Source: Eledone cirrhosa
Taxonomy: Eukaryota
Assembly (NCBI GenBank): GCA_964016885.1
Contig: OZ024743.1
Coordinates: 232,872,001 to 232,936,000 of the forward strand
DNA: 64,000 bases
Direction of reading: 5' to 3'
Part shown: piece after piece, positions 35,601 through 50,600 of the stretch
Layout of the letters: the number at the start of each line of letters is the position of its first letter
How positions within the stretch are numbered: position 1 is the stretch's first letter
The notes under the pieces: model-generated
Told to the model about the DNA's origin: nothing
The model's database searches: none
The model's input: the letters and a program-made list of their open reading frames with translations, nothing else
Program-made: the position numbers and the translations under genes

Positions 35601-38600
35601 AACACCGAAAGTGTTCACCACCGTTTATTATCAAACATTAAACAACACCAACAGTGTTCACCACCGTTTACTACCAATCATTAAACAATACCAAAGGTGT
35701 TCAACACCGTTTATTACCAAACATTAAACAACACCAAAAGTGTTAACCACCGTTTATTACCAAACATTAAACAATACCAAACGTGTTCAGCCACCTTGTT
35801 TATCACGAAACATTAAACAATACCAAATGTGTTCACCACCGTTTATTACCAAACATTAAACAACACCAAAAGTCTTCACCACCGTTTATTACCAAACATT
35901 AAACAACACCAAATGTGTTCAGCACCGTTTATTACCAAACATTAAACAACACCAAAAGTGTTCACCCCACCCTCGTTTATCACCAAACATTAAACAATAC
36001 CAAAAGTGTTCACCCCACCCTCGTTTATCACCAAACATTAAACATCACCAAAAGTGTTCACCACCGTTTATTACCTAACATTAAACAACACCAAAAGTGT
36101 TCACCACCGTTTATTACCAAACATTAAACAACACCAAATGTGTTCACCACCGTTTATCACCAAACATTAAACAATACCAAAAGTGTTCACCATCGTTTAT
36201 TACAAGACATGAAACAACACCAAAAGTGTTCACCACCGTTTATTACCAAACATTAAACAATACCAAAAGTGTTCACCATCGTTTATTACAAGATATTAAA
36301 AAACACCAAAAGTGTTCACCACCGTTTATTACCAAACATTAAACAACACCAAAAGTGTTCACCCCACCCTCGTTTATCACCAAACATTAAACAATACCAA
36401 AAGAGTTCACCCCACCCTCGTTTATCACCAAACATTAAACAATATCAAAAGTATTCACCACCGTTTATTACCAGACATGAAACAACACCAAAAGTGTTCA
36501 CCGCTGTTTATTACCGAACATTAAACAACACCAAAAGTGTTCACGACCGTTTATTACCAAACATTAAACAACACCAAATGTGTTCACCATCGTTTATTAC
36601 CAAACATTAAACAACACCAAAAGTGTTCAACACCGTTTATTACCAAACATTAAACAATGTCAAAAGTATTCACCATCGTTTATTACAAGACATTAAACAA
36701 CACCAATAGTGTTCACCACCGTTTATTACCAAACATTAAACAATACCAAAAGTGTTCACCACCGTTTATTACCAAACATTAAACAACACCAAATGTGTTC
36801 ACCATCGTTTATTACCAAACATTAAACAATACCAAAAGAGTACACCACCGTTTATTACCAAACATTAAACAACACCAAAAGTGTTCACCACCGTTTATTG
36901 TCAGAATTTAAACAACACCAAAAGTGTTCACCACCGTTTATTATCAAACATTAAACAACACCAACAGTGTTCACCACCGTTTATTACCAAACATTAAACA
37001 ACACCAAAAGTGTTCAACACCGTTTATTACCAAACATTGAACAACACCAAAAGTGTACACCACCGTTTATTGCCAGACATTAAACAACACCAAAAGTGTT
37101 CACCACCGTTTATTACCAAACATTAAACAACACCAAAAGTGTTCACCACCGTAATTACCAAACAGTAAACAACACCAAAAGTGTTCAGCACCGTTTATTA
37201 CCAATCATTAAACAATACCAAAAGTGTTCACCACCGTTTATTACCAAACATTAAACAACACCAAAAGTCTTCACTACCGTTTATTACCAAACAGTAAACA
37301 ACACCAAAAGTGTTCACCATCGTTTATTACCAAATATTAAACAACACCAAAAGTGTTCACCACCGTTTATTACCAAACATTAAACAACACCAAAAGTGTT
37401 CACCACCGTAATTACCAAACAGTAAACAACACCAAAAGTGTTCAGCACCGTTTATTACCAAACATTAATCAACACCAAAAGTCTTCACCACCGTTTATTA
37501 CCAGACATTAAACAACACCAAAAGTGTTCACCACCGTTTACTACCAATCATTAAACAATACCAAAGGCGTTCAACACCGTTTATTACCAAACATTAAACA
37601 ACACCAAAAGTGTTAACCACCGTTTATTACCAAACATTAAACAATACCAAACGTGTTCACCCACCTTGTTTATCACGAAACATTAAACAATACCAAATGT
37701 GTTCACCACCGTTTATTACCAAACATTAAACAACACCAAAAGTCTTCACCACCGTTTATTACCAAACATTAAACAACACCAAATGTGTTCAGCACCGTTT
37801 CTTACCAAACATTAAACAACACCAAAAGTGTTCACCACCGTTTATTACCAAACATTAAACAATACCAAAAATGTTCACCCCACACTCGTTTATTACCAAA
37901 CATTAAAAAATCAAAAGTGTTCACCACCGTTTATTACCAAACATTAAACAATACCAAAAATGTTCACCCCGCCCTCGTTTATCACGAAACATTAAACAAC
38001 ACCAACAGTGTACACCACCGTTTATTACCAAACATTAAAAAACACCAAAAGTGTTCACCACCGTTTATTACCAAACATTAAACACCACCAAAAGTGTTCA
38101 CCCCACCCTCGTTTATCACCAAACATTAAACAATACCAAAAGTGTTCACCCCACCCTCGTTTATCACCAAACATTAAACATCACCAAAAGTGTTCACCAC
38201 CGTTTATTACCCAACATTAAACAACACCAAAAGTGTTCACCACCGTTTATTACCAAACATTAAACAACACCAAATGTGTTCACCACCGTTTATCACCAAA
38301 CATTAAACAATACCAAAAGTGTTCACCATCGTTTATTACAAGACATTAAACAACACCAAAAGTGTTCACCACCGTTTATTACCAAACATTAAACAATACC
38401 AAAAGTGTTCACCATCGTTTATTACAAGATATTAAAAAACACCAAAAGTGTTCACCACCGTTTATTACCAAACATTAAACAACACCAAAAGTGTTCACCC
38501 CACCCTCGTTTATCACCAAACATTAAACAATACCAAAAGTGTTCACCACCGTTTATTACCAAACATTAAACAACACCAAAAGTCTTCACTACCGTTTATT

Positions 38601-41600
38601 ACCAAACAGTAAACAACACAAAAAGTGTTCACCATCGTTTATTACCAAATATTAAACAACACCAAAAGTGTTCACCATCGTTTATTACCAAACATTAAAC
38701 AACACCAAAAGTGTTCACCACCGTAATTACCAAACAGTAAACAACACCAAAAGTGTTCAGCACCGTTTATTACCAAACATTAATCAACACCAAAAGTCTT
38801 CACCACCGTTTATTACCAGACATTAAACAACACCGAAAGTGTTCACCACCGTTTATTATCAAACATTAAACAACACCAACAGTGTTCACCACCGTTTACT
38901 ACCAATCATTAAACAATACCAAAGGTGTTCAACACCGTTTATTACCAAACATTAAACAACACCAAAAGTGTTAACCACCGTTTATTACCAAACATTAAAC
39001 AATACCAAACGTGTTCAGCCACCTTGTTTATCACGAAACATTAAACAATACCAAATGTGTTCACCACCGTTTATTACCAAACATTAAACAACACCAAAAG
39101 TCTTCACCACCGTTTATTACCAAACATTAAACAACACCAAATGTGTTCAGCACCGTTTATTACCAAACATTAAACAACACCAAAAGTGTTCACCCCACCC
39201 TCGTTTATCACCAAACATTAAACAATACCAAAAGTGTTCACCCCACCCTCGTTTATCACCAAACATTAAACATCACCAAAAGTGTTCACCACCGTTTATT
39301 ACCTAACATTAAACAACACCAAAAGTGTTCACCACCGTTTATTACCAAACATTAAACAACACCAAATGTGTTCACCACCGTTTATCACCAAACATTAAAC
39401 AATACCAAAAGTGTTCACCATCGTTTATTACAAGACATGAAACAACACCAAAAGTGTTCACCACCGTTTATTACCAAACATTAAACAATACCAAAAGTGT
39501 TCACCATCGTTTATTACAAGATATTAAAAAACACCAAAAGTGTTCACCACCGTTTATTACCAAACATTAAACAACACCAAAAGTGTTCACCCCACCCTCG
39601 TTTATCACCAAACATTAAACAATACCAAAAGAGTTCACCCCACCCTCGTTTATCACCAAACATTAAACAATATCAAAAGTATTCACCACCGTTTATTACC
39701 AGACATGAAACAACACCAAAAGTCTTCACACCGTTTATCACCAAACATTAAACAACACCGAAAGTGTTCACAACCTTTTATTACCAAACATTAAACAATA
39801 CCAAAAGTGATGACCCCGCCCTCGTTTATTACCAAATATTAAACAACACCAAAATTGTTCACCACCGTTTATTACCAAACATTAAACAACACTAAAAGTG
39901 TTCACCGCCGTTTATTACCGAACATTAAACAACACCAAAAGTGTTCATGACCTTTTATTACCAAACATTAAACGACACCAAAAGTCTTCAACACCGTTTA
40001 TTACCAAACATTAAAAAATACCAAAAGTGTTCACCCCACCCTCGTTTATCACCAAACATTAAACAACACCAAAAGTGTTCACCACCGTGTATTACCAAAG
40101 ATTAAACAACACCAAAAGTGTTCACCACCGTTTATTACCAATCATTAAACAATACCAAAAGTGTTCACCACCGTTTATTACCAAACATTAAACAACACCA
40201 AAAGTATTCACCCCCGTTTATTACCGAACATTAAACAACACCAAAAGTCTTCATGACCTTTTATTACCAAACTTTAAACAACACCAAAAGTCTTCAACAC
40301 CGTTTATTACCAAACATTAAACAATACCAAAAGTGTTCACACCACCCTCGTTTATCACCAAACATTAAACAACGCCAAAATTTTCACCACCGTGTATTAC
40401 CAAAGATTAAACAACACCAAAAGTGTTCACCACCGTTTGTTACCAATCATTAAACAATACCAAAAGTGTTCACCACCGTTTATTACCAAACATTAAACAA
40501 CACCAAAAGTGTTCACCACCGTTTATTACCAAACATTAAACAGCACCAAAAGTGTTCACCACCGTTTATTACCAAACATTAAACAACACCAAAAGTTTTC
40601 ACCACCGTTTATTACCAAACATTAAACAGCACCAAAAGTGTTCACCACCGTTTATTACCAAACATTAAACAACACCAAAAGTGTTCACCACCGTTTATTA
40701 CCAAACATTAAACAATACCAAAAATGTTCACCCCACCCTCGTTTATTACCAAACATTAAAAAACCAAAAGTGTTCACCACCGTTTATTACCAAACATTAA
40801 ACAATACCAAAAATGTTCACCCCGCCCTCGTTTATCACGAAACATTAAACAACACCAAAAGTGTACACCACCGTTTATTACCAAACATTAAAAAACACCA
40901 AAAGTGTTCACCACCGTTTATTACCAAACATTAAACAACACCAAAAGTGTTCACCCCACCCTCGTTTATCACCAAACATTAAACAATACCAAAAGTGTTC
41001 ACCCCACCCTCGTTTATCACCAAACATTAAACATCACCAAAAGTGTTCACCACCGTTTATTACCCAACATTAAACAACACCAAAAGTGTTCACCACCGTT
41101 TATCACCAAACATTAAACAATACCAAAAGTGTTCACCATCGTTTATTACAAGACATGAAACAACACCAAAAGTGTTCACCACCGTTTATTACCAAACATT
41201 AAACAATACCAAAAGTGTTCACCATCGTTTATTACAAGATATTAAAAAACACCAAAAGTGTTCACCACCGTTTATTACCAAACATTAAACAACACCAAAA
41301 GTGTTCACCCCACCCTCGTTTATCACCAAACATTAAACAATACCAAAAGAGTTCACCCCACCCTCGTTTATCACCAAACATTAAACAATATCAAAAGTGT
41401 TCACCACCGTTTATTACCAAACATGAAACAACACCAAAAGTGTTCACCGCTGTTTATTACCGAACATTAAACAACACCAAAAGTGTTCACGACCGTTTAT
41501 TACCAAACATTAAACAACACCAAATGTGTTCACCATCGTTTATTACCAAACATTAAACAACACCAAAAGTGTTCAACACCGTTTATTACCAAACATTAAA

Positions 41601-44600
41601 CAATGTCAAAAGTATTCACCATCGTTTATTACAAGACATTAAACAACACCAATAGTGTTCACCACCGTTTATTACCAAACATTAAACAATACCAAAAGTG
41701 TTCACCACCGTTTATTACCAAACATTAAACAACACCAAATGTGTTCACCATCGTTTATTACCAAACATTAAACAACACCAAAAGTCTTCACCACCGTTTA
41801 TTACCAAACATTAAACAATACCAAAAGAGTACACCACCGTTTATTACCAAACATTAAACAACACCAAAAGTGTTCACCACCGTTTATTGTCAGAATTTAA
41901 ACAACACCAAAAGTGTTCACCACCGTTTATTACCAAACATTAAACAACACCAACAGTGTTCACCACCGTTTATTACCAAACATTAAACAACACCAAAAGT
42001 GTTCAACACCGTTTATTACCAAACATTGAACAACACCAAAAGTGTACACCACCGTTTATTGCCAGACATTAAACAACACCAAAAGTGTTCACCACCGTTT
42101 ATTACCAAACATTAAACAACACCAAAAGTGTTCACCAGCGTTTATTACCAAACATTAAACAACACCAAAAGTGTTCACCATCGTTTATTATCAAACATGA
42201 AACGATACCAAAAGTGTTCACCACCGTTTATTACCAATCATTAAACAATACCAAAAGTGTTCACCACCGTTTATTACCAAACATTAAACAACACCAAAAG
42301 TCTTCACTACCGTTTATTACCAAACAGTAAACAACACAAAAAGTGTTCACCATCGTTTATTACCAAATATTAAACAACACCAAAAGTGTTCACCATCGTT
42401 TATTACCAAACATTAAACAACACCAAAAGTGTTCACCACCGGAATTACCAAACAGTAAACAACACCAAAAGTGTTCAGCACCGTTTATTACCAAACATTA
42501 ATCAACACCAAAAGTCTTCACCACCGTTTATTACCAGACATTAAACAACACCGAAAGTGTTCACCACCGTTTATTATCAAACATTAAACAACACCAACAG
42601 TGTTCACCACCGTTTACTACCAATCATTAAACAATACCAAAGGTGTTCAACACCGTTTATTACCAAACATTAAACAACACCAAAAGTGTTAACCACCGTT
42701 TATTACCAAACATTAAACAATACCAAACGTGTTCAGCCACCTTGTTTATCACGAAACATTAAACAATACCAAATGTGTTCACCACCGTTTATTACCAAAC
42801 ATTAAACAACACCAAAAGTCTTCACCACCGTTTATTACCAAACATTAAACAACACCAAATGTGTTCAGCACCGTTTATTACCAAACATTAAACAACACCA
42901 AAAGTGTTCACCCCACCCTCGTTTATCACCAAACATTAAACAATACCAAAAGTGTTCACCCCACCCTCGTTTATCACCAAACATTAAACATCACCAAAAG
43001 TGTTCACCACCGTTTATTACCTAACATTAAACAACACCAAAAGTGTTCACCACCGTTTATTACCAAACATTAAACAACACCAAATGTGTTCACCACCGTT
43101 TATCACCAAACATTAAACAATACCAAAAGTGTTCACCATCGTTTATTACAAGACATGAAACAACACCAAAAGTGTTCACCACCGTTTATTACCAAACATT
43201 AAACAATACCAAAAGTGTTCACCATCGTTTATTACAAGATATTAAAAAACACCAAAAGTGTTCACCACCGTTTATTACCAAACATTAAACAACACCAAAA
43301 GTGTTCACCCCACCCTCGTTTATCACCAAACATTAAACAATACCAAAAGAGTTCACCCCACCCTCGTTTATCACCAAACATTAAACAATATCAAAAGTAT
43401 TCACCACCGTTTATTACCAGACATGAAACAACACCAAAAGTGTTCACCGCTGTTTATTACCGAACATTAAACAACACCAAAAGTGTTCACGACCGTTTAT
43501 TACCAAACATTAAACAACACCAAATGTGTTCACCATCGTTTATTACCAAACATTAAACAACACCAAAAGTGTTCAACACCGTTTATTACCAAACATTAAA
43601 CAATGTCAAAAGTATTCACCATCGTTTATTACAAGACATTAAACAACACCAATAGTGTTCACCACCGTTTATTACCAAACATTAAACAATACCAAAAGTG
43701 TTCACCACCGTTTATTACCAAACATTAAACAACACCAAATGTGTTCACCATCGTTTATTACCAAACATTAAACAATACCAAAAGAGTACACCACCGTTTA
43801 TTACCAAACATTAAACAACACCAAAAGTGTTCACCACCGTTTATTGTCAGAATTTAAACAACACCAAAAGTGTTCACCACCGTTTATTATCAAACATTAA
43901 ACAACACCAACAGTGTTCACCACCGTTTATTACCAAACATTAAACAACACCAAAAGTGTTCAACACCGTTTATTACCAAACATTGAACAACACCAAAAGT
44001 GTACACCACCGTTTATTGCCAGACATTAAACAACACCAAAAGTGTTCACCACCGTTTATTACCAAACATTAAACAACACCAAAAGTGTTCACCACCGTAA
44101 TTACCAAACAGTAAACAACACCAAAAGTGTTCAGCACCGTTTATTACCAATCATTAAACAATACCAAAAGTGTTCACCACCGTTTATTACCAAACATTAA
44201 ACAACACCAAAAGTCTTCACTACCGTTTATTACCAAACAGTAAACAACACCAAAAGTGTTCACCATCGTTTATTACCAAATATTAAACAACACCAAAAGT
44301 GTTCACCACCGTTTATTACCAAACATTAAACAACACCAAAAGTGTTCACCACCGTAATTACCAAACAGTAAACAACACCAAAAGTGTTCAGCACCGTTTA
44401 TTACCAAACATTAATCAACACCAAAAGTCTTCACCACCGTTTATTACCAGACATTAAACAACACCAAAAGTGTTCACCACCGTTTACTACCAATCATTAA
44501 ACAATACCAAAGGCGTTCAACACCGTTTATTACCAAACATTAAACAACACCAAAAGTGTTAACCACCGTTTATTACCAAACATTAAACAATACCAAACGT

Positions 44601-47600
44601 GTTCACCCACCTTGTTTATCACGAAACATTAAACAATACCAAATGTGTTCACCACCGTTTATTACCAAACATTAAACAACACCAAAAGTCTTCACCACCG
44701 TTTATTACCAAACATTAAACAACACCAAATGTGTTCAGCACCGTTTCTTACCAAACATTAAACAACACCAAAAGTGTTCACCACCGTTTATTACCAAACA
44801 TTAAACAATACCAAAAATGTTCACCCCACACTCGTTTATTACCAAACATTAAAAAATCAAAAGTGTTCACCACCGTTTATTACCAAACATTAAACAATAC
44901 CAAAAATGTTCACCCCGCCCTCGTTTATCACGAAACATTAAACAACACCAACAGTGTACACCACCGTTTATTACCAAACATTAAAAAACACCAAAAGTGT
45001 TCACCACCGTTTATTACCAAACATTAAACACCACCAAAAGTGTTCACCCCACCCTCGTTTATCACCAAACATTAAACAATACCAAAAGTGTTCACCCCAC
45101 CCTCGTTTATCACCAAACATTAAACATCACCAAAAGTGTTCACCACCGTTTATTACCCAACATTAAACAACACCAAAAGTGTTCACCACCGTTTATTACC
45201 AAACATTAAACAACACCAAATGTGTTCACCACCGTTTATCACCAAACATTAAACAATACCAAAAGTGTTCACCATCGTTTATTACAAGACATTAAACAAC
45301 ACCAAAAGTGTTCACCACCGTTTATTACCAAACATTAAACAATACCAAAAGTGTTCACCATCGTTTATTACAAGATATTAAAAAACACCAAAAGTGTTCA
45401 CCACCGTTTATTACCAAACATTAAACAACACCAAAAGTGTTCACCCCACCCTCGTTTATCACCAAACATTAAACAATACCAAAAGTGTTCACCACCGTTT
45501 ATTACCAAACATTAAACAACACCAAAAGTCTTCACTACCGTTTATTACCAAACAGTAAACAACACAAAAAGTGTTCACCATCGTTTATTACCAAATATTA
45601 AACAACACCAAAAGTGTTCACCATCGTTTATTACCAAACATTAAACAACACCAAAAGTGTTCACCACCGTAATTACCAAACAGTAAACAACACCAAAAGT
45701 GTTCAGCACCGTTTATTACCAAACATTAATCAACACCAAAAGTCTTCACCACCGTTTATTACCAGACATTAAACAACACCGAAAGTGTTCACCACCGTTT
45801 ATTATCAAACATTAAACAACACCAACAGTGTTCACCACCGTTTACTACCAATCATTAAACAATACCAAAGGTGTTCAACACCGTTTATTACCAAACATTA
45901 AACAACACCAAAAGTGTTAACCACCGTTTATTACCAAACATTAAACAATACCAAACGTGTTCAGCCACCTTGTTTATCACGAAACATTAAACAATACCAA
46001 ATGTGTTCACCACCGTTTATTACCAAACATTAAACAACACCAAAAGTCTTCACCACCGTTTATTACCAAACATTAAACAACACCAAATGTGTTCAGCACC
46101 GTTTATTACCAAACATTAAACAACACCAAAAGTGTTCACCCCACCCTCGTTTATCACCAAACATTAAACAATACCAAAAGTGTTCACCCCACCCTCGTTT
46201 ATCACCAAACATTAAACATCACCAAAAGTGTTCACCACCGTTTATTACCTAACATTAAACAACACCAAAAGTGTTCACCACCGTTTATTACCAAACATTA
46301 AACAACACCAAATGTGTTCACCACCGTTTATCACCAAACATTAAACAATACCAAAAGTGTTCACCATCGTTTATTACAAGACATGAAACAACACCAAAAG
46401 TGTTCACCACCGTTTATTACCAAACATTAAACAATACCAAAAGTGTTCACCATCGTTTATTACAAGATATTAAAAAACACCAAAAGTGTTCACCACCGTT
46501 TATTACCAAACATTAAACAACACCAAAAGTGTTCACCCCACCCTCGTTTATCACCAAACATTAAACAATACCAAAAGAGTTCACCCCACCCTCGTTTATC
46601 ACCAAACATTAAACAATATCAAAAGTATTCACCACCGTTTATTACCAGACATGAAACAACACCAAAAGTGTTCACCGCTGTTTATTACCGAACATTAAAC
46701 AACACCAAAAGTGTTCACGACCGTTTATTACCAAACATTAAACAACACCAAATGTGTTCACCATCGTTTATTACCAAACATTAAACAACACCAAAAGTGT
46801 TCAACACCGTTTATTACCAAACATTAAACAATGTCAAAAGTATTCACCATCGTTTATTACAAGACATTAAACAACACCAATAGTGTTCACCACCGTTTAT
46901 TACCAAACATTAAACAATACCAAAAGTGTTCACCACCGTTTATTACCAAACATTAAACAACACCAAATGTGTTCACCATCGTTTATTACCAAACATTAAA
47001 CAATACCAAAAGAGTACACCACCGTTTATTACCAAACATTAAACAACACCAAAAGTGTTCACCACCGTTTATTGTCAGAATTTAAACAACACCAAAAGTG
47101 TTCACCACCGTTTATTATCAAACATTAAACAACACCAACAGTGTTCACCACCGTTTATTACCAAACATTAAACAATACCAAAAGTGTTCAACACCGTTTA
47201 TTACCAAACATTGAACAACACCAAAAGTGTACACCACCGTTTATTGCCAGACATTAAACAACACCAAAAGTGTTCACCACCGTTTATTACCAAACATTAA
47301 ACAACACCAAAAGTGTTCACCACCGTAATTACCAAACAGTAAACAACACCAAAAGTGTTCAGCACCGTTTATTACCAATCATTAAACAATACCAAAAGTG
47401 TTCACCACCGTTTATTACCAAACATTAAACAACACCAAAAGTCTTCACTACCGTTTATTACCAAACAGTAAACAACACCAAAAGTGTTCACCACCGTTTA
47501 TTACCAAACATTAAACAACACCAAATGTGTTCACCACCGTTTATCACCAAACATTAAACAATACCAAAAGTGTTCACCATCGTTTATTACAAGACATGAA

Positions 47601-50600
47601 ACAACACCAAAAGTGTTCACCACCGTTTATTACCAAACATTAAACAATACCAAAAGTGTTCACCATCGTTTATTACAAGATATTAAAAAACACCAAAAGT
47701 GTTCACCACCGTTTATTACCAAACATTAAACAACACCAAAAGTGTTCACCCCACCCTCGTTTATCACCAAACATTAAACAATACCAAAAGAGTTCACCCC
47801 ACCCTCGTTTATCACCAAACATTAAACAATATCAAAAGTATTCACCACCGTTTATTACCAGACATGAAACAACACCAAAAGTGTTCACCGCTGTTTATTA
47901 CCGAACATTAAACAACACCAAAAGTGTTCACGACCGTTTATTACCAAACATTAAACAACACCAAATGTGTTCACCATCGTTTATTACCAAACATTAAACA
48001 ACACCAAAAGTGTTCAACACCGTTTATTACCAAACATTAAACAATGTCAAAATTATTCACCATCGTTTATTACAAGACATTAAACAACACCAATAGTGTT
48101 CACCACCGTTTATTACCAAACATTAAACAATACCAAAAGTGTTCACCACCGTTTATTACCAAACATTAAACAACACCAAATGTGTTCACCATCGTTTATT
48201 ACCAAACATTAAACAATACCAAAAGAGTACACCACCGTTTATTACCAAACATTAAACAACACCAAAAGTGTTCACCACCGTTTATTGTCAGAATTTAAAC
48301 AACACCAAAAGTGTTCACCACCGTTTATTATCAAACATTAAACAACACCAACAGTGTTCACCACCGTTTATTACCAAACATTAAACAATACCAAAAGTGT
48401 TCAACACCGTTTATTACCAAACATTGAACAACACCAAAAGTGTACACCACCGTTTATTGCCAGACATTAAACAACACCAAAAGTGTTCACCACCGTTTAT
48501 TACCAAACATTAAACAACACCAAAAGTGTTCACCACCGTAATTACCAAACAGTAAACAACACCAAAAGTGTTCAGCACCGTTTATTACCAATCATTAAAC
48601 AATACCAAAAGTGTTCACCACCGTTTATTACCAAACATTAAACAACACCAAAAGTCTTCACTACCGTTTATTACCAAACAGTAAACAACACCAAAAGTGT
48701 TCACCATCGTTTATTACCAAATATTAAACAACACCAAAAGTGTTCACCACCGTTTATTACCAAACATTAAACAACACCAAAAGTGTTCACCACCGTAATT
48801 ACCAAACAGTAAACAACACCAAAAGTGTTCAGCACCGTTTATTACCAAACATTAATCAACACCAAAAGTCTTCACCACCGTTTATTACCAGACATTAAAC
48901 AACACCAAAAGTGTTCACCACCGTTTACTACCAATCATTAAACAATACCAAAGGCGTTCAACACCGTTTATTACCAAACATTAAACAACACCAAAAGTGT
49001 TAACCACCGTTTATTACCAAACATTAAACAATACCAAACGTGTTCACCCACCTTGTTTATCACGAAACATTAAACAATACCAAATGTGTTCACCACCGTT
49101 TATTACCAAACATTAAACAACACCAAAAGTCTTCACCACCGTTTATTACCAAACATTAAACAACACCAAATGTGTTCAGCACCGTTTCTTACCAAACATT
49201 AAACAACACCAAAAGTGTTCACCACCGTTTATTACCAAACATTAAACAATACCAAAAATGTTCACCCCACACTCGTTTATTACCAAACATTAAAAAATCA
49301 AAAGTGTTCACCACCGTTTATTACCAAACATTAAACAATACCAAAAATGTTCACCCCGCCCTCGTTTATCACGAAACATTAAACAACACCAACAGTGTAC
49401 ACCACCGTTTATTACCAAACATTAAAAAACACCAAAAGTGTTCACCACCGTTTATTACCAAACATTAAACACCACCAAAAGTGTTCACCCCACCCTCGTT
49501 TATCACCAAACATTAAACAATACCAAAAGTGTTCACCCCACCCTCGTTTATCACCAAACATTAAACATCACCAAAAGTGTTCACCACCGTTTATTACCCA
49601 ACATTAAACAACACCAAAAGTGTTCACCACCGTTTATTACCAAACATTAAACAACACCAAATGTGTTCACCACCGTTTATCACCAAACATTAAACAATAC
49701 CAAAAGTGTTCACCATCGTTTATTACAAGACATTAAACAACACCAAAAGTGTTCACCACCGTTTATTACCAAACATTAAACAATACCAAAAGTGTTCACC
49801 ATCGTTTATTACAAGATATTAAAAAACACCAAAAGTGTTCACCACCGTTTATTACCAAACATTAAACAACACCAAAAGTGTTCACCCCACCCTCGTTTAT
49901 CACCAAACATTAAACAATACCAAAAGTGTTCACCCCACCCTCGTTTATCACCAAACATTAAACAATATCAAAAGTGTTCACCACCGTTTATTACCAAACA
50001 TGAAACAACACCAAAAGTGTTCACCGCTGTTTATTACCGAACATTAAACAACACCAAAAGTGTTCACGACCGTTTATTACCAAACATTAAACAACACCAA
50101 ATGTGTTCACCATCGTTTATTGCCAAACATTAAACAACACCAAAAGTGTTCAACACCGTTTATTACCAAACATTAAACAATATCAAAAGTGTTCACCATC
50201 GTTTATTACAAGACATTAAACAACACCAATAGTGTTCACCACAGTTTATTACCAAACATTAAACAATACCAAAAGTGTTCACCACCGTTTATTACCAAAC
50301 ATTAAACAACACCAAATGTGTTCACCATCGTTTATTACCAAACATTAAACAACACCAAAAGTCTTCACCACCGTTTATTACCAAACATTAAACAATACCA
50401 AAAGAGTACACCACCGTTTATTACCAAACATTAAACAACACCAAAAGTGTTCACCACCGTTTATTGTCAGACTTTAAACAACACCAAAAGTGTTCACCAC
50501 CGCTTATTATCAAACATTAAACAACACCAACAGTGTTCACCACCGTTTATTACCAAACATTAAACAACACCAAAAGTGTTCAACACCGTTTATTACCAAA

